The notes under the pieces were generated by a model, which searched no databases, had not been told where the DNA came from, and saw only the letters and a list, made by a program, of their open reading frames with translations. 57,413 nt of DNA, taken from the NCBI GenBank assembly GCA_964608955.1, contig CAZSQC010000001.1, forward strand, positions 6,959 through 64,371, given 5' to 3'. Positions within the stretch are counted from its first letter, which is position 1; each line of letters opens with the position of its first letter. The stretch is from an uncultured Planctomycetales bacterium (GTDB taxonomy: Bacteria > Omnitrophota > Gorgyraeia > Gygaellales > Profunditerraquicolaceae). Below are positions 16,600 to 26,657 of this stretch, in pieces. The position numbers and the translations under genes were made by a program.

Positions 16600-17877
16600 T
16601 TAAAGACCTCCGGTTGCCTTATCAAATCTAGCCTTGGCGACATTATAATCATAAGCGGCTTGCAATTGATTAAAACTTGAGACAAGGTATTTTACTTTCG
16701 CATCGCTTTTAGCCAGAAAGCTTACTTCCCCGCTCTTATATTTCTCGTTAACCACCCTTAGGTTGTCACTATAAAGCTTTTCTTCGGAATTGCTGGAATT
16801 AATCTTGGCAATCGCATCCTTTAATCCTAAATAAGCATCCTTTAATTCAAGGGTAATATCTCTGATCGCCTTATCCCTTAAAATCTGACTTTTCTTCAAA
16901 TCGACTACTGCCTGTTCTACTTTAGACTTTGTTTTCCATCCGTCAAAAACCGGCCAGGATACTGTCGCTCCGAGTATATTATAATCATGCCAGTCTTTAG
17001 TATTTACCGTTGTAGTAACCGCGTGCGACCTGCTGTAATAATCCCAGGAGGCATAAACAGAGGGCCTGCCTGCGGCCTTGGCTATCTCAATAGCGCTTTT
17101 ATCCGCGTTAATCTGCGCCGCATATTGTTTTATTTCGGGCCTCTCTTCTAAAGCCTTTAATAAGCTCTGATCGAGGGCTATTTCTGATTCTTTATATTCA
17201 ATACCGCCCGTCGCCACTATATTAACATCTTTCTCAAGGTACAACAAGTTGATTAAAGACTCTTTTGCAGAACTTACCTGGTTCAAAGAAGTCTCGTAAA
17301 TTTCCTCCAAATCACTTAAAGAAGCCTTGGATTTTAATACCTCTGAATCCGAAACCTCTCCGAATTTCTGCCTTTCAAGCATGTATTTAAGGTGTTCCCT
17401 GCCGTTATCCAGCAAAGCCTTGTTTAGTTCAGCAAAATGTTGGGCAAGCAACAGTGTATAAAAGGATTCTTTTATATTTAAGGCGGTTTCTATCTTCTCT
17501 TTATCCAGCAAAGCCTTGGCAACTTCAAAGTTGTATCCGTTATATTTTATGGTATTAAATATTCTCCCGCCGGTATAAAAATACTGCTTTAAAGTAGCCT
17601 GGCTATTTGTCTGACTCAAATCCTTGGAGTAATAATTTCTTGTGTAAGCCCACTCCCCCGTTAAAGTCAGGGAAGGGAAAAGCTCCGCATGGCTCTCTGC
17701 TATCTTAAATTTAGCTTTTTTTAATTCTTCCTCTTTCAATAATATATTTCTGTTGTCTCTTAACCCGATAAAAACAGCTTCGTCAAGAGATAAGGGCAGG
17801 CCTTCCGCAGCAGCCGGAGAAAGAAGGAACACCGGCAATAAGAATGCGAATATCGATATTATATATCCTCTGAGCAT
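16600..17877 (-). CDS. TolC family outer membrane efflux protein
   Basis: 425 aa with a signal peptide and two OEP-type repeat halves. Confidence 0.9.
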   Translation of the reverse strand: MLRGYIISIFAFLLPVFLLSPAAAEGLPLSLDEAVFIGLRDNRNILLKEEELKKAKFKIAESHAELFPSLTLTGEWAYTRNYYSKDLSQTNSQATLKQYFYTGGRIFNTIKYNGYNFEVAKALLDKEKIETALNIKESFYTLLLAQHFAELNKALLDNGREHLKYMLERQKFGEVSDSEVLKSKASLSDLEEIYETSLNQVSSAKESLINLLYLEKDVNIVATGGIEYKESEIALDQSLLKALEERPEIKQYAAQINADKSAIEIAKAAGRPSVYASWDYYSRSHAVTTTVNTKDWHDYNILGATVSWPVFDGWKTKSKVEQAVVDLKKSQILRDKAIRDITLELKDAYLGLKDAIAKINSSNSEEKLYSDNLRVVNEKYKSGEVSFLAKSDAKVKYLVSSFNQLQAAYDYNVAKARFDKATGGL

Positions 17878-18302
17878 AATACGTCCCTTACCCGCGAGAG
17901 TATGCGCAGATAATTCTCGCGGTCCTCCTGCGGTATTTTATCAAAAATCTTTATAGTAAGATTACGCCTGTCCTGGCTTATTTTCTTTACTAAAGCTTCT
18001 CCCTTAGAAGTAATCTGCACCTTAATTATTCTGCGGTCGGAATTATCGAATATCCTTAAGGCATAACCGGAATTAACCAGCCTGTTAACAATTCCGGTAA
18101 TGGCTGGCATGCTGACCTTCATAAATGAAGCGACATCCTTCATTTTCACCGGTCCGTTTGAATTTAAAAAATCCAATATAAGAACCTGCGGGAGGGTAAC
18201 TTTGCCTTTATAGATTACATCGGGTTGCTTACGCGAAAACTCCCTCATAAGCACGGGCATAATTTCATTAAGGCTATCTGCGAACTCTGATATTGTGCGC
18301 AT
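17859..18302 (-). CDS. MarR family transcriptional regulator
   Basis: Winged-helix MarR pattern (LTLPQVLILDFL...MKVSMPAITGIVNRLV..GY). ATG at 18302 is preferred over the TTG at 18308. The 3' end overlaps the TolC start by 19 nt. Confidence 0.9.
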   Translation of the reverse strand: MRTISEFADSLNEIMPVLMREFSRKQPDVIYKGKVTLPQVLILDFLNSNGPVKMKDVASFMKVSMPAITGIVNRLVNSGYALRIFDNSDRRIIKVQITSKGEALVKKISQDRRNLTIKIFDKIPQEDRENYLRILSRVRDVLCSEDI

Positions 18303-18317
18303 ATTCAACTAATATGG

Positions 18318-18340
18318 TTAACTATATTAACTATTAACTA
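18318..18340. promoter_or_regulatory. three TTAACTA heptads, candidate MarR operator
   Basis: TTAACTA occurs at 18318-18324, 18327-18333 and 18334-18340, between the predicted -10 and the marR start. The first copy lies inside the palindrome GTTAAC. Confidence 0.4.
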
Positions 18341-18347
18341 CATTAAG

Positions 18348-18376
18348 AATATGCCATATCAAAAAGGGTTTGTCAA
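18348..18376 (-). promoter_or_regulatory. sigma70-like promoter of the marR-tolC-mfp-rnd operon
   Basis: Minus strand reads TTGACA (18376-18371), a 17-nt spacer, then CATATT (18353-18348). Confidence 0.4.
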
Positions 18377-18399
18377 GAAAATTAGTTGGGCTTTAAAAA

Positions 18400-18912
18400 C
18401 TAAAGAGATTTGATGAGACTAGAGAGAAAGTCCGACTCAGCCTGGAGCATCTTAAGATTGTGCTCCAGTATACACAAAGGAGGATAATTTTTCTTGCCCT
18501 TAGACTTAAATATCTTATTAAGCCCCTGGGTTACCTTATTTAAAATACGCAGGCGTGCCCGTAGCCTCCTTTTGGCTGAAACAGGCTTAAGGTAACGTAG
18601 AAAATAAAGACTGAGGTCTAGATTAAATTGAGGACGCTTTAGCTCCAGGAAACTTTTATTTAAAAGCTCTTCAAAACGCTTATGCCCTTTTTTAGTCAGG
18701 TTGTAAACAATGCGTTTAGGCCTTCTGCCGACTTTGCTTATCTTCTTGGCTATCAAGCCTTTTCGTTCCAACACCTGAAGCGGATAATATATGGAGCTTA
18801 GTTTTACACCGGTAAACAATGAAAGGATTTGCCTTACTCTTACTTTTATGTCGTAACCATGCTTAGGGCCCTGGCGCAAGAGCCCTAACAGAAGGAACTC
18901 TTGTTCAATCAT
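18400..18912 (-). CDS. PadR family transcriptional regulator
   Basis: 170 aa. LLGLLRQGPKHGYDI...YYPLQVLERKGLI is the PadR winged-helix signature. An ATGA overlap couples it to accA. Confidence 0.85.
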   Translation of the reverse strand: MIEQEFLLLGLLRQGPKHGYDIKVRVRQILSLFTGVKLSSIYYPLQVLERKGLIAKKISKVGRRPKRIVYNLTKKGHKRFEELLNKSFLELKRPQFNLDLSLYFLRYLKPVSAKRRLRARLRILNKVTQGLNKIFKSKGKKNYPPLCILEHNLKMLQAESDFLSSLIKSL

Positions 18913-19856
18913 GCCACTATTCCCATTGAACGGAATTTATTGTAACGCGACTCCAAAAGCGCATCTTTCTTAAACCCTTTTAATTCTTTAATGTCTTTAA
19001 CAAGCAGGTCTTTTATATTGTGAGCGGTTTTCTCGGGATTGCGGTGTGCGCCTCCTAAAGGCTCCGGTATAACAGCATCGATAACTTTAAGCTTAAGCAA
19101 ATCTTCTCCGGTTAATTTCAAAACTTCCGCTGCCATAGGCGCCTTCGAACCGTCTTTCCAGAGGATAGCCGCGCAGCCTTCGGGTGATATAACCGAATAA
19201 TATGAATTCTCTAAGACATAGACGCGGTCAGCTACTCCCACCCCAAGAGCGCCTCCGGAACCTCCTTCTCCTATACCTATAGAAATTATCGGAGTGGCGA
19301 TAAGCATCATATCCCTCAAATTAGTTGCGATTGCCTGGGATTGTCCTCTTTCTTCTGCACCTATACCGGGATATGCTCCGGGGGTATCAATAAATATTAC
19401 AACAGGAAGAGAAAAACTTTCGGCTATTTGCATAACCCTTAATGCTTTGCGGTAGCCTTCAGGATGGGCGCAACCGAAATTCCTCTTAAGGTTTTCTTTT
19501 GTGTCTCTACCCTTCTGATGGCCTATTACAACAACCTTTTGCTTATCAAGTTTGGCAAACCCGCAGATAAGCGCCTTGTCATCCGCAAAAAGCCTGTCTC
19601 CGTGCAACTCCACAAAATCCGTCATAAGCATATTAATGTAATCTAGGGTATACGGCCTTTGCGGATGCCGCGCAAGTTGGACTCTATGCCACGGATTCAA
19701 GTTAGCATAGGTGTCTTTCTTAAGGTGTTCTAGTTTATCTTCAAGCCTCTTTACTTCGGAAGAAAGATCTATCTTGCGCTCGGCAATGAAATTCTTAAGC
19801 TCCTGAATCTTTTTTTCAAGCTCTACAATAGGTTTTTCAAAATCGAGTCCGGCCAT
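18909..19856 (-). CDS. accA: acetyl-CoA carboxylase carboxyltransferase subunit alpha
   Basis: 315 aa. Contains WHRVQLARHPQRPYTLDYI, VIGHQKGRDTKENLKRNFG and FIDTPGAYPGIGAEERGQ. Confidence 0.95.
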   Translation of the reverse strand: MAGLDFEKPIVELEKKIQELKNFIAERKIDLSSEVKRLEDKLEHLKKDTYANLNPWHRVQLARHPQRPYTLDYINMLMTDFVELHGDRLFADDKALICGFAKLDKQKVVVIGHQKGRDTKENLKRNFGCAHPEGYRKALRVMQIAESFSLPVVIFIDTPGAYPGIGAEERGQSQAIATNLRDMMLIATPIISIGIGEGGSGGALGVGVADRVYVLENSYYSVISPEGCAAILWKDGSKAPMAAEVLKLTGEDLLKLKVIDAVIPEPLGGAHRNPEKTAHNIKDLLVKDIKELKGFKKDALLESRYNKFRSMGIVA

Positions 19857-19863
19857 TTTACAT

Positions 19864-20682
19864 TTAATCCGTTATAACTACCTCTGTTCCCAACGGCACA
19901 ATAGTATAAAGCTCTTCTACATCTTGGTTACTTAAACGAACGCAACCTTGAGTAACCTGCTTACCCAGATCCTGAGGCTCAGTTGTGCCATGCAGACCGT
20001 AGCTAGGGACATCAATCCCCATCCAGCGCGTCCCGAGTATATTCTCCGGGCTACCCGGAGGAACGACTGCCCCCGCCTTAAACCACGTAGGATTAACCAA
20101 TTTAGACGTAATCTTAAAATTTCCTGTCGGAGTAGAGTTATTTTTCCCGGTAGAAACTACATATGTCTTGATAATCTCCTCATCGCTCTTAAGCAGAAGT
20201 ATATTCTGCGATTTCTTCACCAGGATACTAAATGGAACGGTCCAAACCTTTATCTTTCTACCCGGGATAATTACATCGCTTGTTAAATTATTACTCTTCT
20301 TTATTAAGTCCGGGGTTGTCTTATACTCACGGGCAATCCTTGTAAGCGTATCCCCGGGCTTTATCTCGTAAGAAATGCTTTTGGGAGTTAGAACCGGAGA
20401 GAAAAGAAGTTTTATATTTATCTCCTCTGACTTCTTAATCCAGTTCATGACTTCATTGGAATTCGGAAAGTTATTTACCAGTTCATCGTATATCTTCTTC
20501 TGGCCGGAAAAATCCCCTTTGGACTGCATTTCTTTTGCCTTGCTTAGTAACGACGAAAGAGAAACCGAACCGCCTTGACCGGAACTTTTACTTTCAAAAA
20601 AGTTCTTTATAAAGACACCGAAGAAAATAACAAAAGAAATGGCCGCCAATAGAATCAAAACTGTTAAAAGCTTCTTTTTCAC
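19864..20682 (-). CDS. LysM domain-containing L,D-transpeptidase (YkuD family)
   Basis: N-terminal TM segment, LysM (YEIKPGDTLTRIAREYKTT) and the YkuD catalytic motif HGT...SQGCVRLSNQDV. Confidence 0.9.
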   Translation of the reverse strand: MKKKLLTVLILLAAISFVIFFGVFIKNFFESKSSGQGGSVSLSSLLSKAKEMQSKGDFSGQKKIYDELVNNFPNSNEVMNWIKKSEEINIKLLFSPVLTPKSISYEIKPGDTLTRIAREYKTTPDLIKKSNNLTSDVIIPGRKIKVWTVPFSILVKKSQNILLLKSDEEIIKTYVVSTGKNNSTPTGNFKITSKLVNPTWFKAGAVVPPGSPENILGTRWMGIDVPSYGLHGTTEPQDLGKQVTQGCVRLSNQDVEELYTIVPLGTEVVITD

Positions 20683-20696
20683 CTGAAGTCCTCCGA

Positions 20697-21143
20697 TTAT
20701 TTGAATATAACGGCTACTAATATCCCTAATATAAGCCCGGCAATAACCTCAATAGGGGTATGCCCGATTAGTTCCATGAGCCGGCCTTCCGGAACCTTAC
20801 CCTTCCAGTATATATCTTCAGTTATCTTATTTAAGATTCTGGCCTGCCTGCCAGTTGCCCTACGCACACCCTGGGCATCAAACATAACCACAATGGCAAA
20901 TGCAGCTGCTAGAGCAAAATAAGGGCTATTAAAACCGTATTCCATTCCCATAGCTGCCGCCAAACATGATGCTCCAGCGGCATGCGACGAAGGCATACCG
21001 CCTGTTCCTATAAACCAGCGAAAATCAAACCTTTTCTGGCTGATTACCCCGATAACCACCTTTATCGCTTGAGCTATGAACCAGGCAGAAATAGTAGCTA
21101 GAAAAATCTTATTTTGAGAAAGCTGCGTTAATATATCCTTCAT
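20697..21143 (-). CDS. divergent PAP2 family membrane protein (DUF212)
   Basis: 148 aa. GGMPSSHAA and FDAQGVRR motifs are typical of the acid phosphatase/vanadium haloperoxidase-related family. Confidence 0.8.
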   Translation of the reverse strand: MKDILTQLSQNKIFLATISAWFIAQAIKVVIGVISQKRFDFRWFIGTGGMPSSHAAGASCLAAAMGMEYGFNSPYFALAAAFAIVVMFDAQGVRRATGRQARILNKITEDIYWKGKVPEGRLMELIGHTPIEVIAGLILGILVAVIFK

Positions 21144-21286
21144 GATATTTTTTCTTTCTTCAGTTACCGCAAAGGGTTTCGTTCCTGTTTTAGCTAAAGT
21201 TTTATTATATTACCTTGATTATAAATTGCAAGGCTTTTCTTCGTTAGATTAGGCGTTTTCTGGCGTCTATTATGGGGGAGGATAAA

Positions 21287-22819
21287 ATGATAGCAAAAAC
21301 ATTAAGCTTTGGTTTAGAGGGCATGGAAATCTACCCGGTTGAAATAGAAACAGACGTCAGTAACGGGCTTCCGGCAATAAACATAGTAGGCCTACCGGAT
21401 TCAGCTATCAAAGAAAGCAAAGAAAGGGTAAAATCGGCTATAAAAAACTCCGGTTTTAACTGGCCGGCGCAAAGGATAACAATTAGCCTGGCTCCTTCTG
21501 AGATACGCAAGGAGGGCTCTTGTTTTGACCTGGGGATTGCTGTGAGTATATTACAGGCAACCGGACAGATAAAAAATCCCGATCTTTCAGACTACTATAT
21601 TCTCGGCGAGCTCTCTCTTAACGGCTCCCTAAAACCCTGCCGCGGAGTATTGCCGATTGCCATAGATGCTGGAACGTTAATTAAAAAAAATTTTATACTG
21701 CCACTTGAAAATGCTTATGAAGCAGCGGCAGTGACTAAATTGAATGTTTTTGCCTTTAAAGATTTAAAAGAAACAGTGGAATTTCTTAATAGCGCTTCGG
21801 GAGAGCCTTTCACAGTAAATACTGCGGAGGTCTTCCGGGATAACAACTCCTATGACACTGATTTTTCAGAAGTAAAAGGACAGGTCGCGGCAAAAAGGGC
21901 GATTGAGGTTGCGGTTGCGGGTAACCATAATATTGCCATGATCGGCCCTCCCGGCAGCGGAAAAACAATGCTAGCCAGAAGAATACCTACGATCATGCCC
22001 CGACTAACATTTGAAGAAGCGCTTGAAATAACAAAAATCTACTCTGTAGCTGGAAATTTTGGTGAGCGAGAGAAAATAATAATGCACCGGCCTTTCAGGT
22101 CACCGCATCATACCATTACGGATGCCGCATTAGTCGGCGGAGGAAATACCCCGCTTCCCGGAGAAATAAGCCTTGCGCACAAAGGCGTTTTGTTTCTGGA
22201 CGAATTGCCTGAATTCCAGCGTAGTAACCTGGAAAACTTAAGGCAACCTCTTGAAGAAGGAAGAATAAATATTTCCAGGTCCAGAAAAAAACTTTGTTTT
22301 CCTGCGTCATTCATGCTGATTACTGCACTTAACCCGTGCCCCTGCGGATACGCGGGAGACCCTTTAAGAATTTGTTGCTGCAGTACTACAAAAATAAACA
22401 CCTACCTGGGGAAGATATCGGGGCCGCTTTTAGATAGAATAGACATACACATAGAACTTCCGAGAGTAAAATATAGCTACCTTTCCGGAAAAGAAGAAAC
22501 AGAGCCTTCTATCAAAATACGCGAAAGGATTGAGAAGGCCCGCAAAATTCAAACCCAGCGTTTTAAATGCAGCGGCGGACAAATTTCTTGTAACGCCTCT
22601 ATGGGGATTAAAGCTCTCAAGAAATACTGCGGGATGGATAAGGAAGCAGAAGAACTTTTACGCCTGGCTCTGAATGAACTGGGGTTATCCGCAAGAGCAT
22701 ACGACAAAATTATCAAAGTCTCCAGAACTATTGCGGACCTAGAAGAGGAGGAGGTTATACAGACAAAACACATTTCAGAAGCGGTGCAATACCGCGTATT
22801 AGATAGGAGGATATTTTGA
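21287..22819 (+). CDS. YifB/ComM family Mg-chelatase-like AAA ATPase
   Basis: This is the only plus-strand gene. It has a Lon-protease-like N domain, Walker A GPPGSGKTM and FLDELPEF. Start set at ATG 21287, behind GGGGAGGA. Confidence 0.9.
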   Translation: MIAKTLSFGLEGMEIYPVEIETDVSNGLPAINIVGLPDSAIKESKERVKSAIKNSGFNWPAQRITISLAPSEIRKEGSCFDLGIAVSILQATGQIKNPDLSDYYILGELSLNGSLKPCRGVLPIAIDAGTLIKKNFILPLENAYEAAAVTKLNVFAFKDLKETVEFLNSASGEPFTVNTAEVFRDNNSYDTDFSEVKGQVAAKRAIEVAVAGNHNIAMIGPPGSGKTMLARRIPTIMPRLTFEEALEITKIYSVAGNFGEREKIIMHRPFRSPHHTITDAALVGGGNTPLPGEISLAHKGVLFLDELPEFQRSNLENLRQPLEEGRINISRSRKKLCFPASFMLITALNPCPCGYAGDPLRICCCSTTKINTYLGKISGPLLDRIDIHIELPRVKYSYLSGKEETEPSIKIRERIEKARKIQTQRFKCSGGQISCNASMGIKALKKYCGMDKEAEELLRLALNELGLSARAYDKIIKVSRTIADLEEEEVIQTKHISEAVQYRVLDRRIF

Positions 22820-22837
22820 ACGAAATCCGAAATAAAA

Positions 22838-23809
22838 CTAATCGTTTACAACCTTTATCGCGACTGAAGAAGAGGAAGAATTACCGTTGCTATCAGTGAC
22901 GGTAAGCGTAGCAGTATACTCCCTTGTGCCATAAGTAGTGCTCCAATAAGTGTTGGAAGCACTTTTTTTATTTGATTTATCTCCGTCACCAAAATCCCAA
23001 AGATAGGATGTTATTCTAGCCGATGAAGAGAATGACTTGCCGGCAGAGAAATTAACCTTTAAAGGAGAAGAGCCGCTCTGAGGTTTGGCAATAATTACTG
23101 CGGCTATGTCCCCTTGTGTTTTTAGAATAGGGGGTTGCGCTTTTTTAACAGGGCCCTGAACAGGTTGCTCTCTGGGTTTTAACGATTCTTCTTTTGATGT
23201 TTGCGGAGTAATAGAAAGGGCGTCTGGTTTTACTTCAGCCTTAACAGGCGCATCCATGATTTCCTCTTTCTTAACCGGAACATTTTTAACCTCTGCAACT
23301 TCTGCCTTTGATGGTGTTCTTGCCTCTTGCGGACCCTCGCTATTTAAGTCTTCTTTTATATATTCCTTAAGCTCATCCTTTAATCTGTTAATCTTTTCCC
23401 GTTCGGCATTGTATTCCTCATCTTCGAGCTTATCTATCTTCTCTTTGTACTTTGGGTCATTGTTATATTTGTAATCCGAGAATGCTATAAAAGGTATACG
23501 GAAAATCCCGGTAACAAACTGAAAAAGGACGGTAGGCGGTTCGACAAAAAACTGCTTAAAGCGGCTATCCATAAATCCCATCTGTTTGTAATAACTTTCA
23601 ACCCTCACCCTGCGCCGCTTAAAACGCTCCTTTGCAAGAACCTGGTCGGGATAAGTATTATTAACCCCTATAGTATACTCGGGAATTATCTTATTGTGCC
23701 GCGAAACTACAAAACCTCCGGGTTGGGCAGAAGATACCTGCTGCACCTTATAGGTAGCACAGCCGGACAAGAATATAACGAATAAGAAAACTACGGAAAG
23801 CTTCTTCAA
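22838..23809 (-). CDS. lipoprotein with Lys/Glu/Pro-rich linker and C-terminal PKD domain
   Basis: TTG start behind GGAGAAGG and a lipobox LSGC. C-terminal ITSYLWDFGDGDKS...YTATLTVTDSNG is a PKD signature. Confidence 0.75.
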   Translation of the reverse strand: MKKLSVVFLFVIFLSGCATYKVQQVSSAQPGGFVVSRHNKIIPEYTIGVNNTYPDQVLAKERFKRRRVRVESYYKQMGFMDSRFKQFFVEPPTVLFQFVTGIFRIPFIAFSDYKYNNDPKYKEKIDKLEDEEYNAEREKINRLKDELKEYIKEDLNSEGPQEARTPSKAEVAEVKNVPVKKEEIMDAPVKAEVKPDALSITPQTSKEESLKPREQPVQGPVKKAQPPILKTQGDIAAVIIAKPQSGSSPLKVNFSAGKSFSSSARITSYLWDFGDGDKSNKKSASNTYWSTTYGTREYTATLTVTDSNGNSSSSSVAIKVVND

Positions 23810-23847
23810 CTTAAACCTTCTCCTTTTACTAAAAAAGCAATATTGAC

Positions 23848-23876
23848 ATAATACTACTTAAGAACTTGTATGTCAA
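23848..23876 (-). promoter_or_regulatory. sigma70-like promoter
   Basis: Minus strand reads TTGACA (23876-23871), a 17-nt spacer, then TATTAT (23853-23848). Confidence 0.5.
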
Positions 23877-23901
23877 TTTCTAAATTGTAAAGATTATCAT
23901 T

Positions 23902-24246
23902 TTAAAACCTGGAGTTTATGGTCCGCAAGACCAGCGGAATGGGTTTAATCTGGCGGTTTTTTATTTTAAGGCCTGAACAGAATTTACTTGTCCCGCTTTC
24001 GCTCCTAGACCAGACTACTTCGGTTTCAAGCGGGATTTCTTCTCCATTATCAGCCATAGCTAAACAGATATTTAACGAACTATTTACCGGTAATTCTTCT
24101 GCAGTAATAAGGCCTAATCCTTGGGCGCTTATATCCTTGGTCATAGCTGAAATGTGCGGCTTAATGCTTAGCCTTGCATATTTAAGCGGGATAGAAACCA
24201 GGAAACGCACAAACTTCCTTTTCTCAGAAAAACCTTCCTTAGGCAT
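23902..24246 (-). CDS. PilZ domain protein
   Basis: 114 aa with RKFVR (RxxxR) and DISAQGLG (D/NxSxxG) c-di-GMP-binding motifs. Confidence 0.8.
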   Translation of the reverse strand: MPKEGFSEKRKFVRFLVSIPLKYARLSIKPHISAMTKDISAQGLGLITAEELPVNSSLNICLAMADNGEEIPLETEVVWSRSESGTSKFCSGLKIKNRQIKPIPLVLRTINSRF

Positions 24247-24349
24247 CTCTTAGGTTCTCCTTATATATTCCTAAATTAGTATGCCATATAACAATACGGC
24301 ATTACAAGGTTATTTTTATGCCCCGGGAAAACGTTTTCTTAGCCAGGTC

Positions 24350-24688
24350 TTAAGAATTCTTATCCGCTATATCAGAAGCAACCGGAATCCTGAAATATTC
24401 ACCCTGGTAAGACTTTACCATAAGTAAAACCCACAGGATTATACTTAAAATCCCAAGAATATTTGATAATAGAAACCCTATACCGGGTATAAGACCGAAC
24501 ACAGTCATTGATACGAAAAGCGCCCCAAAAACCACAATAGATTGCATGGCGTGAAAACGTACGAATTTATTTTCTTTTTCAAGAACGTAGAAAACTATTC
24601 CGGTAATAAACCCCAAAAGATAGCTAAGAAGCCCGGCTACGTTCGCCTCCATACCTAGTGAAGTCTTGCCTAAGTCTTTTTGTTCCAT
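24350..24688 (-). CDS. DUF4870 family membrane protein
   Basis: 112 aa with 3 TM helices. Contains YLLGFITGIVFYVLEKENKFVRFHAMQSI. Confidence 0.75.
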   Translation of the reverse strand: MEQKDLGKTSLGMEANVAGLLSYLLGFITGIVFYVLEKENKFVRFHAMQSIVVFGALFVSMTVFGLIPGIGFLLSNILGILSIILWVLLMVKSYQGEYFRIPVASDIADKNS

Positions 24689-24706
24689 CTTACCTCCTTT
24701 TTTAAG

Positions 24707-25264
24707 TTAGGATCTCATGAGTGCCAAAGCCTCGGAGCGCGTCTTTTCATTTTCCTTAAATATGCCGCGCACCGCAGAAGTAACCGTCATTGTGCCGGGC
24801 TTTTTTACCCCCCTCATAGACATACAGAGATGCTCGGCTTCAATGACCACCATAACACCCAATGGTCTTAATTTCTCCATTATTATATCCGCGGTTTGAG
24901 TAGTTAAACGCTCCTGGACCTGCGGCCTTCGCGATAAAATATCCACTACCCTGGATAATTTACTCAATCCGGTTACTCTCCCGTTTTTAGGTATATAAGC
25001 AATATTAGCCCTGCCTATAAAGGGAAGCAGATGATGTTCGCAGACGCTATAAAGAGGAATTCCTTTTAACAATATTATCTCGTGATGTTTTTGGTCCAGT
25101 ACGACCTCGAGCTCCTCCTGAGGAGAACGCCCGATGCCGGCAAAAATCTCTTCGTACATCTCAGCTACGCGCCGTGGCGTATCGAGCAAATCCTTTCTTT
25201 TAGGATTCTCGCCTATCGCCTCTAAAATATCGCGTACCGCTTTTTCTATCTTTTTCTTATTCAT
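24707..25264 (-). CDS. folE: GTP cyclohydrolase I
   Basis: 185 aa with the CEHHLLPF zinc-site motif and overall FolE pattern. Confidence 0.95.
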   Translation of the reverse strand: MNKKKIEKAVRDILEAIGENPKRKDLLDTPRRVAEMYEEIFAGIGRSPQEELEVVLDQKHHEIILLKGIPLYSVCEHHLLPFIGRANIAYIPKNGRVTGLSKLSRVVDILSRRPQVQERLTTQTADIIMEKLRPLGVMVVIEAEHLCMSMRGVKKPGTMTVTSAVRGIFKENEKTRSEALALMRS

Positions 25265-25265
25265 T

Positions 25266-26657
25266 TTATTTTCCTATACAGAATTCGCCGAAGATCTTAT
25301 CCAATAGATCCACCGAGAAACTCTTTCCAAGTAATTCATCCAAAAGCTCTAAAGCCAACCTTATATCCTCCGCTATTAATTCGGGAGATAAGCTATTATC
25401 TATTGAATTGACCGCCTGCGCAATGTTTTTTTGCGCCTTTCTAATCAGTTCCGCGTGCCTTAAGTTCACGATAACCGCGCTTTCCAGCTCATAATCAATT
25501 CCCTTAACAGCCAACTCGGCTATCTTATCTTCGAGAATCCCGATGTTTTTAGCTTTCTTCGCCGATATCTCAACGCAGTCCTTAAAAATCTTAAGAATTT
25601 TAGCCCTATCTGCCTTCTGCCCTAAATCAATCTTATTTATAATTCCGATGGATTTCTTACGCTTTATCTTCCCCGCTAATAACAGATCCCTCCTGCTAAT
25701 CTTCTTGCTACCGTCAAATATAAATAATACAATATCCGCTTTCTCTATTTCTTTCCTGGAGCGTTCAACTGCTTTCCTCTCTATAACATCCCTAGGGTAA
25801 AGAATTCCGGCGGTATCAATTAATCTCACCGGTATCCCTTTGATGTCTACAATTTCCTCTATTGTATCGCGTGTAGTCCCGGCTATCGGAGTAACAATGG
25901 AACGCTCTTCCTTAAGCAAGGCATTAAGCAACGAAGATTTACCGACGTTAGGGCTACCGCAGATGGCCAGGCGTAACCCTTCGCGCAACAATTTTCCGAA
26001 CTTCGCGCTCTGCGATAATTCAGCTAATATAAGCCCTGCTTCTTCGTTCTTTTTCTTAACCTGTTTGAGCCCCGGAAGAATATTTACGTCTTCCGGAAAA
26101 TCAATCGCTGCCTCTAAAGCACTCAAAGCATCCAGCAATAATTGCCTGCAGGAATTGATCCTGTTTGATAAATTTCCTTTTAATTGTTCTACCCCGACGC
26201 GTAAAGCGGAATCATTCTTTGCGCTTATAATATCCATAACCGCCTGCGCCTGAGTTAAGTCGATCCTCCCGCTTAAAAAAGCGCGCTTCGTAAACTCTCC
26301 GGGCTCTGCCAATCTTGCCCCGGAATTCAAAACTAAAGAGAGTATATCGCGTAAGACAATAAGGCCTGCATGGCAGTTTATCTCCACGATATCCTCTTTT
26401 GTATAAGTCTTAGGGCTGCGCATTACGGTAAGCAAAACTTCATCAATCACCTTGCCGCCCTCCATAATCGTACCGTAATGTATCGTATGAGTTTTAAAGC
26501 TGGATGGTTTTAAACCCGAAGATGAATTAAATATCCTGTTCGCTATCTTAAGCGCATCTCTGCCGCTTATACGAACAATGCCTATCCCTCCTCTTCCTAA
26601 AGGAGTAGATATCGCCGCTATAGTATCTTCTGTTACTGCTTTACAACCTAACCCCAT
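25266..26657 (-). CDS. mnmE: tRNA modification GTPase MnmE
   Basis: 463 aa. Has G-domain [10 protein letters not shown] and DTAG, and the C-terminal CIGK motif. Confidence 0.95.
   Translation of the reverse strand: MGLGCKAVTEDTIAAISTPLGRGGIGIVRISGRDALKIANRIFNSSSGLKPSSFKTHTIHYGTIMEGGKVIDEVLLTVMRSPKTYTKEDIVEINCHAGLIVLRDILSLVLNSGARLAEPGEFTKRAFLSGRIDLTQAQAVMDIISAKNDSALRVGVEQLKGNLSNRINSCRQLLLDALSALEAAIDFPEDVNILPGLKQVKKKNEEAGLILAELSQSAKFGKLLREGLRLAICGSPNVGKSSLLNALLKEERSIVTPIAGTTRDTIEEIVDIKGIPVRLIDTAGILYPRDVIERKAVERSRKEIEKADIVLFIFDGSKKISRRDLLLAGKIKRKKSIGIINKIDLGQKADRAKILKIFKDCVEISAKKAKNIGILEDKIAELAVKGIDYELESAVIVNLRHAELIRKAQKNIAQAVNSIDNSLSPELIAEDIRLALELLDELLGKSFSVDLLDKIFGEFCIGK

Noticed and set aside
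21144-21271. Divergent promoter pair or regulatory RNA between the PAP2-like gene and the ComM-like gene
   Set aside because: No convincing -35/-10 pair with proper spacing and no stable hairpin could be identified by eye. It is left unannotated.
24247-24349. Terminator/promoter between the DUF4870 gene and the PilZ gene (GAAAACGTTTTC palindrome)
   Set aside because: The palindrome gives only a 5-bp AU-rich stem with a 2-nt loop. The candidate -35/-10 hexamers have a 20-nt spacing. Support is too weak to call.
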